Source: Candidatus Daviesbacteria bacterium
Lineage (GTDB): Bacteria > Patescibacteriota > Microgenomatia > Daviesbacterales > UBA10151
DNA length: 64,000 nucleotides
Direction of reading: 5' to 3'
Assembly (NCBI GenBank): GCA_016432425.1
Contig: CP066688.1
Location: 514,619 to 578,618 of the forward strand
The position numbers and the translations under genes were made by a program. Within the stretch, counting starts at the first letter, position 1. Each line of letters begins with the position of its first letter. Of this stretch, positions 25,674-35,500 are shown one piece after another. The notes beneath the pieces are model-generated. The model searched no databases. It was not told the origin of the DNA and saw nothing but the letters and a program-made list of their open reading frames with translations.

Positions 25674-26867
25674 ATGGTAGCGGGTTTTGATGGATCCCGG
25701 GCTTTTGTAAAAAATCGGACCGGGACAGAAAATTATTCTTATCAGTTATTAAAAAACTTGGCCAAAATTGATCAAAAAAATCAGTATGTGGTCTATTTAA
25801 GACCAGGGAACGAGGTTAAAGAAAAGTGGCCCAGTAATTTTGAATTTAAGGTTTTAAATTATCCTCGTTTATGGACTCAAATAGGTTTGGCCAAACAAAC
25901 TTTTCAAGATAAATTAGATGTATTGTTTGTGCCAGCTCATACCTTACCCATTGTGAGACGTCCAGGCTTAAAAACTGTCGTGACCGTGCATGATTTAGGC
26001 AGTGAATTCCTGCCTAAAACCCATCAAATTAAGCAGAGATTGTACTTATCATTTATGCAGCAAGTACAACTTAAGGGCGCGACTAAGCTTATTGCAGTTT
26101 CCAAAGCTACCAAAAATGATTTAGTTCAAAAAATTGGTCTAGATCCAAAGAAAATAGAGGTAGTTTATGAGGGATTTGATAAAAACCTATTTAAACCAGT
26201 CAAAAACTTGTCCCGAGCGACTTATCCTGAGTTATATCGAAGGAAGTCGAGGGATGATGCACTAGTTAATAGTTTGAAACAGTTTGGATTAAGACCCAAA
26301 GAATATTTTTTATTTGTTGGAACAATTCAACCCAGAAAAAATCTAGAAAGACTAATTAAAGCTTTTGGCTTAATCGCTCGAAGACCTGTCGCTACGCAGC
26401 CCCGCTCCGCGCCACCCCTCACTACACGATTAGTCTTAGTTGGAAGTAAAGGTTGGTTAAGTGAGGAAATTTATGAACTGCCCAGAAAATTAGGAATTGA
26501 AAAACAAGTTAAATTTTTAGGTAGAGTAGATGATGAAGATTTACCAGCTTTGTATTCCGGAGCTATAGCCTTAGTTTTCCCTTCCCTTTTTGAAGGCTTT
26601 GGTTTACCCATTTTAGAGGCCCAAGCTTGCCAGGTTCCAGTGATTACCTCTAATTTGTCTTCTATGCCGGAAGTAGCTGGTCCGCCAGCTAGCGGAGGAG
26701 CCATTTTAGTTGATCCATACAGTGAAAAAGAAATTGCAAATGCTATGATAAAGGTAATAAATCCAAAAGTAAGAGCGGATTTAATAAAAAAAGGATTACA
26801 AAACTTGAAGCGTTTTTCCTGGGAAAAATGCGCCAGGGAAACTTTAAAGGTGTTATTGTCATCCTGA
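25674..26867 (+). CDS. GT4-family glycosyltransferase (GT-B fold).
   Basis: EX7E-type motif region FPSLFEGFGLPILEAQACQVPVI. The stop codon TGA is provided by the first 3 nt of repeat copy B. Confidence 0.8.
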   Translation: MVAGFDGSRAFVKNRTGTENYSYQLLKNLAKIDQKNQYVVYLRPGNEVKEKWPSNFEFKVLNYPRLWTQIGLAKQTFQDKLDVLFVPAHTLPIVRRPGLKTVVTVHDLGSEFLPKTHQIKQRLYLSFMQQVQLKGATKLIAVSKATKNDLVQKIGLDPKKIEVVYEGFDKNLFKPVKNLSRATYPELYRRKSRDDALVNSLKQFGLRPKEYFLFVGTIQPRKNLERLIKAFGLIARRPVATQPRSAPPLTTRLVLVGSKGWLSEEIYELPRKLGIEKQVKFLGRVDDEDLPALYSGAIALVFPSLFEGFGLPILEAQACQVPVITSNLSSMPEVAGPPASGGAILVDPYSEKEIANAMIKVINPKVRADLIKKGLQNLKRFSWEKCARETLKVLLSS

Positions 26868-26934
26868 TCCTGAGCACTTCGACTGGTTCGACTACACTCA
26901 CCACAGGTTCGCTCAGTGTAAACTTTGTCGAAGG
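26865..26934 (-). mobile_element. 70-nt interspersed repeat copy B, 100% identical to copy A in leuS, in reverse orientation. It forms the 3' end and stop codon of the GT4 gene and the intergenic spacer before the tagA-like gene.
   Basis: Reverse complement of 26865..26934 equals 15006..15075 at 70/70. Confidence 0.7.
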
Positions 26935-26956
26935 GGAAGGATCTCTAGGATTATTT

Positions 26957-27682
26957 ATGAAAGTTAATATTTTAGGAGTTAATATTGATGATGTATCAGA
27001 AAATAAGGCTATTGATATAGTTAAGTCATGGTTAAAAGATAAAACAAAAAGGTATATAGTTACTCCTAATCCGGAATTTCTGATGTTGGCTCAAAAAGAC
27101 AGCGAATTTAAAAGGGTTTTGAACCAGGCTGATTTGGCTATTCCGGATGGGGTGGGGTTAAAAATGTCTGGCAAGATTAAAAATACCACCCCCGGGGTGG
27201 ACTTAATGGAGAAGTTAATTTCTAAAAGTGAGGATTGGGGCGCTACAATAGGCTTTTTGGGAGGCAAGAAAGGGGTAGCAGAAAAATTAGCTGAGTGCTT
27301 ATTAGCAAAATACCCTAGCCTAAAGATTACATTTGCAAGCGACGGGGGAATAATTAATAAAGATGGGAATATGGTTGGGCAAGTAGATAGTAGTAAGTAT
27401 CCAGCTACCGATTTATTGTTTGTGGCTTTTGGGCAGGGGAAACAGGAAAAATGGATTGCCCGGAATTTGCCTAAAATTCCTGTTAAAGTAGCTATGGGGG
27501 TAGGTGGATCTTTTGATTACCTCTCAGGTAACATTACCAGGGCTCCTAAAGTATTAAGGAAATTGGGATTAGAGTGGCTTTTTAGACTCATTACCCAGCC
27601 TTGGAGAGCCTCTAGACAATTAGTTTTGATCCAGTTTGTGTTACTACTTTGGTGGAAACGTATCATAAGTATGGTACACTGA
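26957..27682 (+). CDS. WecB/TagA/CpsF-family glycosyltransferase.
   Basis: Family-typical N-terminus MKVNILGVNIDDVSENKAIDIV and a C-terminal conserved region. The ORF-track start at 26828 reads through the repeat copy. The ATG at 26957 gives the canonical N-terminus. Confidence 0.7.
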   Translation: MKVNILGVNIDDVSENKAIDIVKSWLKDKTKRYIVTPNPEFLMLAQKDSEFKRVLNQADLAIPDGVGLKMSGKIKNTTPGVDLMEKLISKSEDWGATIGFLGGKKGVAEKLAECLLAKYPSLKITFASDGGIINKDGNMVGQVDSSKYPATDLLFVAFGQGKQEKWIARNLPKIPVKVAMGVGGSFDYLSGNITRAPKVLRKLGLEWLFRLITQPWRASRQLVLIQFVLLLWWKRIISMVH

Positions 27683-27686
27683 AAGT

Positions 27687-28193
27687 ATGATAGTCTCGCA
27701 CAGCTTAGATAAATTAAAAGAAGTTTTAATGGATCCTAAGGTAAAGGGAGTAAAGAAACCTTATTTTGTAATTAAAGGAGAAGACCAAAATATTACCATT
27801 CTGGCTCCTGGCAAAAATGGGTTGGAATATAATAAAACTTATGGTCATTTCCATAATTACCAAGGGGTAGAAATTTACCATTGCTTATACGGCCAGGGGA
27901 TTTTAGTGATGCAGAGAAATGATGAAAATGGGGAGGCTAAAGAATTTAAGGTAGTTAGCTTAAGCGCTGGTAAGCAAGCAGAAATTCCAGCCGGGTATGG
28001 TCATAGTTTAATCAATGTCGGTAAGGGGTTTTTGGCAGTTTTAGATAATGCTCCGGATGATCTAAGGGCCCATAACTATGAACCAGTGAAAGAAAAAAGG
28101 GGTTTTGCTTATTATGTAGTAGAGAAAAAAGGGGAAATTAGCTTTGATCAAAATCCCAACTATCGCGTACACCCTCAAATTACAGTAGAATAG
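27687..28193 (+). CDS. Cupin-type glucose-6-phosphate isomerase (cPGI).
   Basis: Signature TYGHFHNYQGVEIYHCLYGQG (TxGHxHx5-7EIY), plus the second His region GYGHSLIN. Confidence 0.7.
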   Translation: MIVSHSLDKLKEVLMDPKVKGVKKPYFVIKGEDQNITILAPGKNGLEYNKTYGHFHNYQGVEIYHCLYGQGILVMQRNDENGEAKEFKVVSLSAGKQAEIPAGYGHSLINVGKGFLAVLDNAPDDLRAHNYEPVKEKRGFAYYVVEKKGEISFDQNPNYRVHPQITVE

Positions 28194-28281
28194 TCCTTTG
28201 ATTTTACTCAGGATAAACTTTTCGGCTTTACAACAACCTTTTTGATATCAATTAGCAGAGTGATTAACCAAAGTGCTAATC

Positions 28282-28518
28282 TTAATAAGAGCTTGAAGAG
28301 CCGGAGTCGCTGGAGCCGGATTTTTGGGTAATTCCTAACAGCCACAAAACTGCCTCTTTTTTGTAACGACGGTCACCTCGAGAATTAATCCTAATTGCAG
28401 GCAACTTGCCTCTTTTGCCCCAACGCTTAATGGTTAAAGGGGAGACACGCAGGACTTCTGCTACTTCTTTAACTGTTAATAAATCCGGAAGATTTTCGAG
28501 TGATATTTTGTCTGCCAC
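28282..28518 (-). CDS. Small excisionase/MerR-type HTH DNA-binding protein.
   Basis: LTVKEVAEVLRVSPLTIKRWGKRGKLPAIRI. Same HTH type as the N-terminus of the giant protein. The C-terminal tail is Ser/Gly-rich. Confidence 0.65.
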   Translation of the reverse strand: MADKISLENLPDLLTVKEVAEVLRVSPLTIKRWGKRGKLPAIRINSRGDRRYKKEAVLWLLGITQKSGSSDSGSSSSY

Positions 28519-28632
28519 TGTAAGTCAATATATATCATACATACTAAATAGATGTCAATATACTTCTTCTTTCACCAGAGCATATTTTATTCCACTATTG
28601 ACTATAGCAAAATTTTTTGCTATTTTTTGGAC
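28519..28632. promoter_or_regulatory. Divergent intergenic region with a direct repeat (gtcaatata x2) and a palindrome TAGCAAAAtTTTTTGCTA. Candidate operator for the adjacent HTH protein.
   Basis: Direct reading. Confidence 0.3.
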
Positions 28633-28836
28633 ATGAGATCACCTGAAAATTCACCAGTCATGGCAAAGCCGCGGGTTCCTTTAGAAGTACCAAGAAGGCG
28701 AGAAAATCCGGATGTAGCTAATCCATTTCCAGACAGAAGACTGCCTAAGCCTAATAAAACATCAGAGCCAATGGTTGTACCAGTTGAACCAGAACCAGTG
28801 AGAATAAATCCCAGAGAGCCCGTCCGAGTAGGATGA
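28633..28836 (+). CDS. Small Pro/Arg-rich hypothetical protein. Start uncertain (ORF-track start 28552).
   Basis: ORF ends 16 nt before the 494-aa gene. Low-complexity composition, weak support. Confidence 0.3.
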   Translation: MRSPENSPVMAKPRVPLEVPRRRENPDVANPFPDRRLPKPNKTSEPMVVPVEPEPVRINPREPVRVG

Positions 28837-28851
28837 TAATTTACAGAGGTT

Positions 28852-30336
28852 ATGAATTACCAGGAGAGTTTATACAATCAGGCTGTTAGAAAATTTAGCT
28901 CGGAGCTTCCTTACAATATGGGTATTAATCCAGATTTATCTCATTTGCCTCAGGAAGTACAAGATTTTCATTTTGCCATGGGCTGTAATGGTTTTTTTCA
29001 GCTCCCAAATGAGGAATGGTTTTATTCTTCAGCTGCTGCAGAACCATTCCGCCGTGAATTTAAGGGGCAAAATGTAGCATTTTTCGGGCCAAATGGGGTG
29101 AACCCCTTTTTTAAAGATATATTTCCCCATCATCATCCCAGGGAACTTTCCCTTGTTTTTTCGAACCCCGCAGTTATTAGGGCAATTAGAAAATACAGGG
29201 GGCTTGATGAAGATCAGGCAGCCAGGATAGCCTTTTTATTGGGTGGAATGGTACGTCAATTAGAAGATTCAAAGATGATATTTCCTCAAAGTGTAGAGAA
29301 GGCAGAATTTGTGGCCAGAATGGCTATGTTAGGAGAGCAAAAAAGCGGAGAGGCGGTGGTTTCTGCCATGGCGATGTATGTTTTATCAGGTGGTTCTACT
29401 AGTGAAGAGAAAGATTTCATGGGGGGAGTGTATCGGATGAGTGAAGCCATTAGGGGAGATAGTATTATACCTACCCAAACAAAAGATCTAGGTTTGTCTC
29501 AAGTGGCTCGGCTGAGAAACTTTTTAAATAGAGGAGAATATGATTTTTTCCCTGACAGCACAGATTCCTACGGTGTCTTAGATGGTTTTCCCACTGTGGG
29601 GGCGGAATTTCATTTTTCTCCTGATGCTGCCCAAGAATTTCCTCGCCTTTGGCAAAGACTGGCGCTTTTAAATATGTCTCAATATCAAAGAGACTCTTAT
29701 GTGCAGTTTTCTAGAAATGACCAGGATGTGATTGAAATAAGGATGAATCCTTCTATTTATCCCATTACCATAGCTAACTGGCGCCACATGAGATTACTCC
29801 TCCCAGAACTTGACCGGGCTTTTTTTACTATTACTTTGAATCGTCCCACGGATAATTTTCAGTGGAAAAATTCTTATGATGTTGATTTATTAAACCGGTT
29901 GCGGACTTTAGGGTTACTTACTTATGCCGGTTTATTTGAAACTGCTCCCAATAGAGCGGATCCGGGGGAGATAGATTTTGGAGCAATTTATTTAGGTCAA
30001 ACTGTTAAAATTTTAGACGGAAAGTATAATTTTTCAGGTAATTGGGGTGGCAAAGAAGGACAGTTTGGCCAACTTGGCCTCTATGTAGGTTTTGGTGATA
30101 ATTTACCTCATCTGGCTTATTACCTTTCTATGGCTTTAGCAAATCCTTTTCTTTTGTCAGCATTAGCACACAAAAAATTTTGGCTTAATGTTAGAACTTT
30201 GCCTGATGCTCTAAAGACGCCGCCAAGAGTGAGAAGAAATGTTATGACGCGGCTACAGGAGTTAATTAATCATAATCAAAGGTTAAAACAGGCCTCCGAT
30301 GCAGGAGAGCAAATTGTTGAGTATTTACGCCCTTAG
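28852..30336 (+). CDS. Hypothetical cytoplasmic protein (494 aa), no recognised domain.
   Basis: Long clean ORF with normal composition and no TM or signal peptide. Forms a module with the upstream HTH gene. Confidence 0.65.
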   Translation: MNYQESLYNQAVRKFSSELPYNMGINPDLSHLPQEVQDFHFAMGCNGFFQLPNEEWFYSSAAAEPFRREFKGQNVAFFGPNGVNPFFKDIFPHHHPRELSLVFSNPAVIRAIRKYRGLDEDQAARIAFLLGGMVRQLEDSKMIFPQSVEKAEFVARMAMLGEQKSGEAVVSAMAMYVLSGGSTSEEKDFMGGVYRMSEAIRGDSIIPTQTKDLGLSQVARLRNFLNRGEYDFFPDSTDSYGVLDGFPTVGAEFHFSPDAAQEFPRLWQRLALLNMSQYQRDSYVQFSRNDQDVIEIRMNPSIYPITIANWRHMRLLLPELDRAFFTITLNRPTDNFQWKNSYDVDLLNRLRTLGLLTYAGLFETAPNRADPGEIDFGAIYLGQTVKILDGKYNFSGNWGGKEGQFGQLGLYVGFGDNLPHLAYYLSMALANPFLLSALAHKKFWLNVRTLPDALKTPPRVRRNVMTRLQELINHNQRLKQASDAGEQIVEYLRP

Positions 30337-30367
30337 TATGAGTCTAAAGCCTCTATTTCACTTTCGT

Positions 30368-31111
30368 TCAATATAAGACTATTCCTCCTGTGGGATCAGG
30401 GAATTCTGGCCTGGTATTTTGGGCAAATGCATAAAAGGGCGCTTGGCTCATAATTCTACCATTGGTCTTTCCTCTAAAATTATGGTCGCAGTTTGGAATA
30501 AGAAACAACTGCCTCAAACTGGCGGCGGTTGCTAAATTATAGAAAGCTTTTCCTGTTTCTGGTCCTACATTAGTGTCATTTTCCCCAATAATCACAAATA
30601 CTTCTCCTGGAAACCGGGATAAGCCCCTTTCGATTTGTCCCATCCCCATGTTGGCTCCAGGTGCCATGAGCAGGAGTCTTTTAACTGCCTCGTATTCATA
30701 AGCAATGGCTGCTGCTGCTCCTCCTCCGGCTGAAGTGCCAATAATTAAAACTTCCGGTCTTTGTGCATCACAAATAGCTTGGGCATTTTCCAGGGCATAT
30801 TCAATCATTTTCCGAAGTTGAACATCTTCGGTAAAACCATCAAAATCAGGCCAGCCCGGTCCTTTACCTCTCACCACCGCTCCCAACCCTTCTCCCTGCA
30901 TATACTGGGCTAATTTTCTATGTTTATCCATATAGCCTTCTCTTTCTCCATGATAGCCTGGATAGTTAATAATAATTCTTTTAGAAGAGTTGGGATGAAT
31001 GGCTAGATCCAGGCCTAAAAGATGAAATGATTTAGAGCCCTTAGGTTGAGCGGTCCAGCTTAAATGGACTTCTTCTATAGGTTGATGTTCATAATCTTCT
31101 GCTCTTGCCAT
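30368..31111 (-). CDS. Alpha/beta-hydrolase (dienelactone hydrolase / esterase-like).
   Basis: Nucleophile elbow IIGTSAGGGAA (GxSxG). His near the C-terminus (CDHNF). Confidence 0.7.
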   Translation of the reverse strand: MARAEDYEHQPIEEVHLSWTAQPKGSKSFHLLGLDLAIHPNSSKRIIINYPGYHGEREGYMDKHRKLAQYMQGEGLGAVVRGKGPGWPDFDGFTEDVQLRKMIEYALENAQAICDAQRPEVLIIGTSAGGGAAAAIAYEYEAVKRLLLMAPGANMGMGQIERGLSRFPGEVFVIIGENDTNVGPETGKAFYNLATAASLRQLFLIPNCDHNFRGKTNGRIMSQAPFYAFAQNTRPEFPDPTGGIVLY

Positions 31112-31135
31112 ATTAAGGATTATAACGCTAATGAT

Positions 31136-31747
31136 TTACTGTAATTCTACAGTTCCACCAGCGGCGGTTAACTTGGTTTTTGCCTCATCTGCACTCTCCT
31201 TATTAACTCCTTCTAACACTGGTTTAGGAGCACCTTCCACTAAATCTTTAGCTTCTTTCAAGCCTAAAGTGGGAACCAGCTCTCTAACTGCTTTAATTAC
31301 TGAAATTTTATTAGCTCCACCACTGCTTAAAATTACATTAAAGGTGGTTTTGCCTTCATCAGCTGCTTCTCCGTTAGCGGCGGAAGCACCGGCGGCAGCT
31401 ATTGCTACCGGAGCAGAAGCAGAGACACCAAATCTATCCTCTAAAGCATGAACTAAATCAGCCAGTTCTAAAACAGAAAGTTTTTCAATTTGTTCAATGA
31501 TCTTTTCCAAATCTTTTGAAACAACTTTTGAAGCCTTTTTTGGTTCTTCTGCTTTTGCCTCTTCAGCTTTAGGTTCCTCTTTGGCTGATTCAGCGACTTC
31601 TTCTGTTTTGCTCACCTCGGAGGAGTCACCTCCTTCGTCGGTGCCACCATCCGAGGTGGTTGCAGGAGCTTCTTCAATTGGAGCTTCAGCGACTTCTTCA
31701 GTTTGAACTTCTTTTTGAACAGGATCATTTTGTGGTTCGTCTGCCAT
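31136..31747 (-). CDS. rplL: Ribosomal protein bL12 (L7/L12) with an ~75-aa acidic N-terminal extension.
   Basis: Canonical dimerisation and CTD regions ([30 protein letters not shown] ... [15 protein letters not shown]). Strong SD GAGGAGGTG 8-10 nt upstream of the ATG at 31747. No alternative start exists before the core, since the Val codons are GTT. Confidence 0.85.
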   Translation of the reverse strand: MADEPQNDPVQKEVQTEEVAEAPIEEAPATTSDGGTDEGGDSSEVSKTEEVAESAKEEPKAEEAKAEEPKKASKVVSKDLEKIIEQIEKLSVLELADLVHALEDRFGVSASAPVAIAAAGASAANGEAADEGKTTFNVILSSGGANKISVIKAVRELVPTLGLKEAKDLVEGAPKPVLEGVNKESADEAKTKLTAAGGTVELQ

Positions 31748-31749
31748 AT

Positions 31750-32277
31750 TTAAACACCTCCTCTCGTTTTTTGGATTTCACTAAGCGCGTATACTAGATT
31801 TCTTAAGTTTCCTTGCAACACTCCTACTATACCTTGCAATGGAGCAACTAATACTCCTACAGTTTTAGCTCGCAGTTCATCTTTGGAAGGTAGACTGGCA
31901 AGCTGTTGGATTTTGCCCTCATCTAGAATGGTTTCTCCTAAAAATCCTGCTTTAACTTTTCCCACTCCGGCATCTTTTAAAACCTTAACCAAGATTTTAA
32001 TAGGGGTAACTTCATCACCATAAGCTAAAAGTGCCGCAGTAGGACCCTCTAGGTTGGAAGTTGGAAATGGGAAGTTGGAAGTGGGAAGCGCGCGTTGTAA
32101 CAGGGTATTTTTAGTGACAGTAAATTCACTGTCAGACTCTGCCAGTTGCATTCTTAAATTAGCCAGTTGCGGCATGGTCAAGCCTTTATAGTCAGTTAAG
32201 ACTACAGCCTTGGCCCGGCCTAATTTATTAGTAATATTTTCAACAGTTTGTTGCTTTTGTGCTCTTGTTTTAGGCAT
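31750..32277 (-). CDS. rplJ: Ribosomal protein uL10.
   Basis: 175 aa, L10 family. Stop is 2 nt before the rplL ATG. Confidence 0.85.
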   Translation of the reverse strand: MPKTRAQKQQTVENITNKLGRAKAVVLTDYKGLTMPQLANLRMQLAESDSEFTVTKNTLLQRALPTSNFPFPTSNLEGPTAALLAYGDEVTPIKILVKVLKDAGVGKVKAGFLGETILDEGKIQQLASLPSKDELRAKTVGVLVAPLQGIVGVLQGNLRNLVYALSEIQKTRGGV

Positions 32278-32507
32278 CCTTCGACTCGCTTCGCTCGCTC
32301 AGGACTATAGTACTAAAAAAGCGCCTTTCTGAGGCGCATGTAATAGAATAATGAATTATGAATTATTCATCATTCATATTGCTTTATTCTAATTTAAACG
32401 CCTCGGTGAGACTTATGCTTCGACTACGCCAAGTCTGACTTGGCTACGCTCAGCACTCACTGTCTTAAGCTAAAACATTGTAGCTTAAAGTTCTATATTT
32501 TGTCAAC
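32278..32507 (-). promoter_or_regulatory. rplJ 5' leader region (candidate L10-leader autoregulatory structure). Contains repeat-family fragments (ccttcgactcgcttcgctcgctcagg abutting the ATG, and cttcgactacgc...gctcagcactcactg) and an 8-bp hairpin gccaagtc-t-gacttggc.
   Basis: 230-nt untranslated region upstream of rplJ on the minus strand. The structure call is inferred. Confidence 0.35.
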
Positions 32508-35500
32508 TTATGGATTTGGAGAGGGGGCCGGTTCAGAAGGTGCAGGCGCAGGCTCTGAGGTGGTGGGTGCAGGTTCAGAGGTGGATGTAGTAGGTGTAGG
32601 TTCTGTTGTGGTTGTGGTTGTAGGAGAAGGTGAAGGTGACGTGGTGGTAGTGGAGGTTGAAGTAGAGGTGCTGCCACCGCCATCAGACATACACCAGCCG
32701 CCATTATCGCTCATCCAGTGATAACCTGAAGGACAGGAGCCGCTTGACGAGGTAGATCCACCTGAAGTAGTTGTTGAGGTACTGGTAGAAGATGATGTTG
32801 ACTGGCGGCAGGTACAGGCAGCTGAATCAAAGTACCAGCCTGATCCGCAACTTGATGCTGAAACATTATAACAACCTTGTGATGAAGCCTGTTTGCATGA
32901 ACAGGATGAGCTGTCAAACCAGCCTGATCCGCAACCTCCGGCCGGCGGGGAGCAGCTGGAAGTCCCGGTGGAAGTTCCGCTGCCGCCATAATAAGTAGAG
33001 GAACCCCGGCATGAACAGGAGCCATAGTCCCAATAAGCACTGGTGCCGCATCCGCCTCCCGGAGGGGTACAGGAACCATAAGTATCAGTGGGGCTTGTAC
33101 GGATACAACCCCTGCCATCCCAGTAATACCCTGGGCCGCAGCTGGATTGGTTAAGGTTAGGAGAATAGTAGTTATAACTACCCGTTCCACTTGGATAAGA
33201 CGAGGTTGATGACCCACTAGGCACATAGGTTGGTCCATCAGACATGCACCAGCCTCCGGAATCAGACATCCAATGGTAGCCGCTTGGGCACTGTCCGGGA
33301 GCAGTGGGCCTGGGTCCTGAACCGGGCACAGTCCCGGCAGGAGGGTTGGTAGTGTAATAGCTGGGGGCCGGGCCATAATAACTGGGGGCAACATATGAGT
33401 AAGGTGAAGGCTGATAACCGGAGCCTCCGACAGGATAACCAAAACTGGCAGGAGGAGCTCCGGGAGCAGTGTAATAAGGACTATAAGGAGTATATCCGGC
33501 TCCGGTGCCTGTTGGGGTATAAGAATAAGAAGATCCATAGCTGCCGCCGTCACTCATACACCAGCCTCCTGAGTCATACATCCAGTGATACCCGGAAGGA
33601 CAAACCCCCGCGCTTTCAGCTTTTGGCCCCTGGCCATAAACTAGCGGTTTGCCGTCTTTATCCAAAGAGGGAGTGGGTACTGAATAGGATACTGAACCGG
33701 GCCCGCCGGTTGGTTGGGCATAATAAGAACTAATTGGTATGGCTGCGCCCGGGGCCGGACAAGGAGTATTGGCCGGGAAAGGCGGGGTGGGCAAATAACA
33801 GGGTCCTGCCTGGTTTCTGACCCCCAGGCTGTATGAGAGGGCTTCAATTCTGGCCAAATCATAGGGTAGGGGGGAGTTGGGATTTCTTCTTCTAAACTCT
33901 GCCACCTGAGAGAAAGATTCTCTGGTTGGCCTGAACTCTTCCTGTAAGGTGGCTACTGCCAAAACCACATCTTTGCGGTTTTGAAAATCTTCCAGTTTAA
34001 CAATATCCGGCCTGATAGTCTGGGTGACCTCTTCTATTCTGGTCAGTCTCACATAAGGACGAATCTCTGCCGGAATTTTTTGACCCGGTTCAAATGTTTT
34101 TTGGAACTCACCCAGTTTGGTCACAATATCTTCATTTTTTCCTATCTTCTCATCAATTTCTTGTTTTTGATCGGTAATATCGGCAATTTCGGCCAGTTTA
34201 CTAAGCTCCTCCAAGGGAACTACAGCTTTCGCCTCAACATTGTTAAAATTCTCATTCAGGAAGGCGGTATCTGCTGAAGTCAGACCACCTACTGACACCA
34301 GTGAACCAACTGTCGATCTAACCTCCACTCTGGAACTTGTTTCCAGTAGCTTCTTTTTGTCTTCTTCGGAAATCATCTCAGCCGGCAAGCCTTCAATCTT
34401 AGCTTTAACATCATCGGGAATAGGTGGCTCGCCCAAAACATCAGCCGCCCTGTCAACTACCAAAATCGGCATGGAAGTGGCAGCTTGAATAATTTCATCG
34501 GCTTCTTCTTTGGCCCAAGCCGACAGTTTCGATAGCATCAGGTTCTGTTCAACAGACCCATCACTCAAACCTTTGGCAATTTCCTGCTTGGCTCCTTCGG
34601 ATAGATTCTCCCGGGATACATCAGCCACTGTATCCTGTATCATCGAGATATAAGCAGTAATGGCAGCTTTGACTCCTGCTTTATCGTCTTTTTTCAGGGC
34701 ATCGGCTGCTTCAGCTAATCTTTCCTTGGCTTGGGCTAGCCTAACCTCCACGCTGGCCTGGGGAGTAAAAGCAAAAGTTCGCTGCAAACCCTCACCCCAC
34801 TGTTTAACAAAATAGAGGGGATTGCCTGGAGGGACAAAAGTTGGCTGGGGAATATTTATCTCCTGAATACCTCCCTCAATCGGTTTAGGCCAAGTACATT
34901 TACCGTCCGACCAGCTCCAATAAGCATTTGGATCTTGGCAAGAAGGCACGAAGTCGTTGGGAGAAACCTCACCCGGCTTGGGATAAGGAACACATTTGAA
35001 CTGACTAAAAGAATAATACTGATTGTTCTTACAGTTGTAATCTGTGGAATCAGCAACTTTTTTGCCATTATTATCCCATACACAACCATTTGACGCTTGG
35101 TAGGATGAGCCTTGAGGACAAGACTCCGAATCTCCCGGACCAGGAGTGGGTGTGGGAGTCGGCAAGGGAGTAATTCCACCAGTTTTAGTCTGACAGCTTT
35201 GGCTCTGCCAAGCCCAAGTATAGCCGGCCGGACAAATAGGAGAAGCATCTTCACCAAACCCCTGACCTTTTTGGTACGGTACACACTCTTTGGCAGCAAA
35301 AGAATAATACTGGCCCGGACCCTCACATCTGTATTGTTCGTAATCATTAAGTTTCTTGCCGGTATCAGCCCAGACACAACCTTCCCCGCTCTTGAAAGTG
35401 GCCCCAACTGGACAGGTGGTTAAAACTGCATCTGTTGGAGCTGGGGGTTGAGCTCCGAATTGACCCCTGTTAACAGGCCTGCTCGGATTTTCAGATGCCA

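Noticed and set aside
26828-26956. N-terminal 43 codons of the ORF-track version of the tagA-like gene.
   Set aside because: These codons are translation of the 70-nt repeat copy B. The family-typical N-terminus MKVNILGV begins at 26957.
31131-31706. + strand ORFs (106 and 69 aa) rich in Ala/Ser.
   Set aside because: Antisense to rplL, whose acidic/Ala-rich codons create an open reverse frame.
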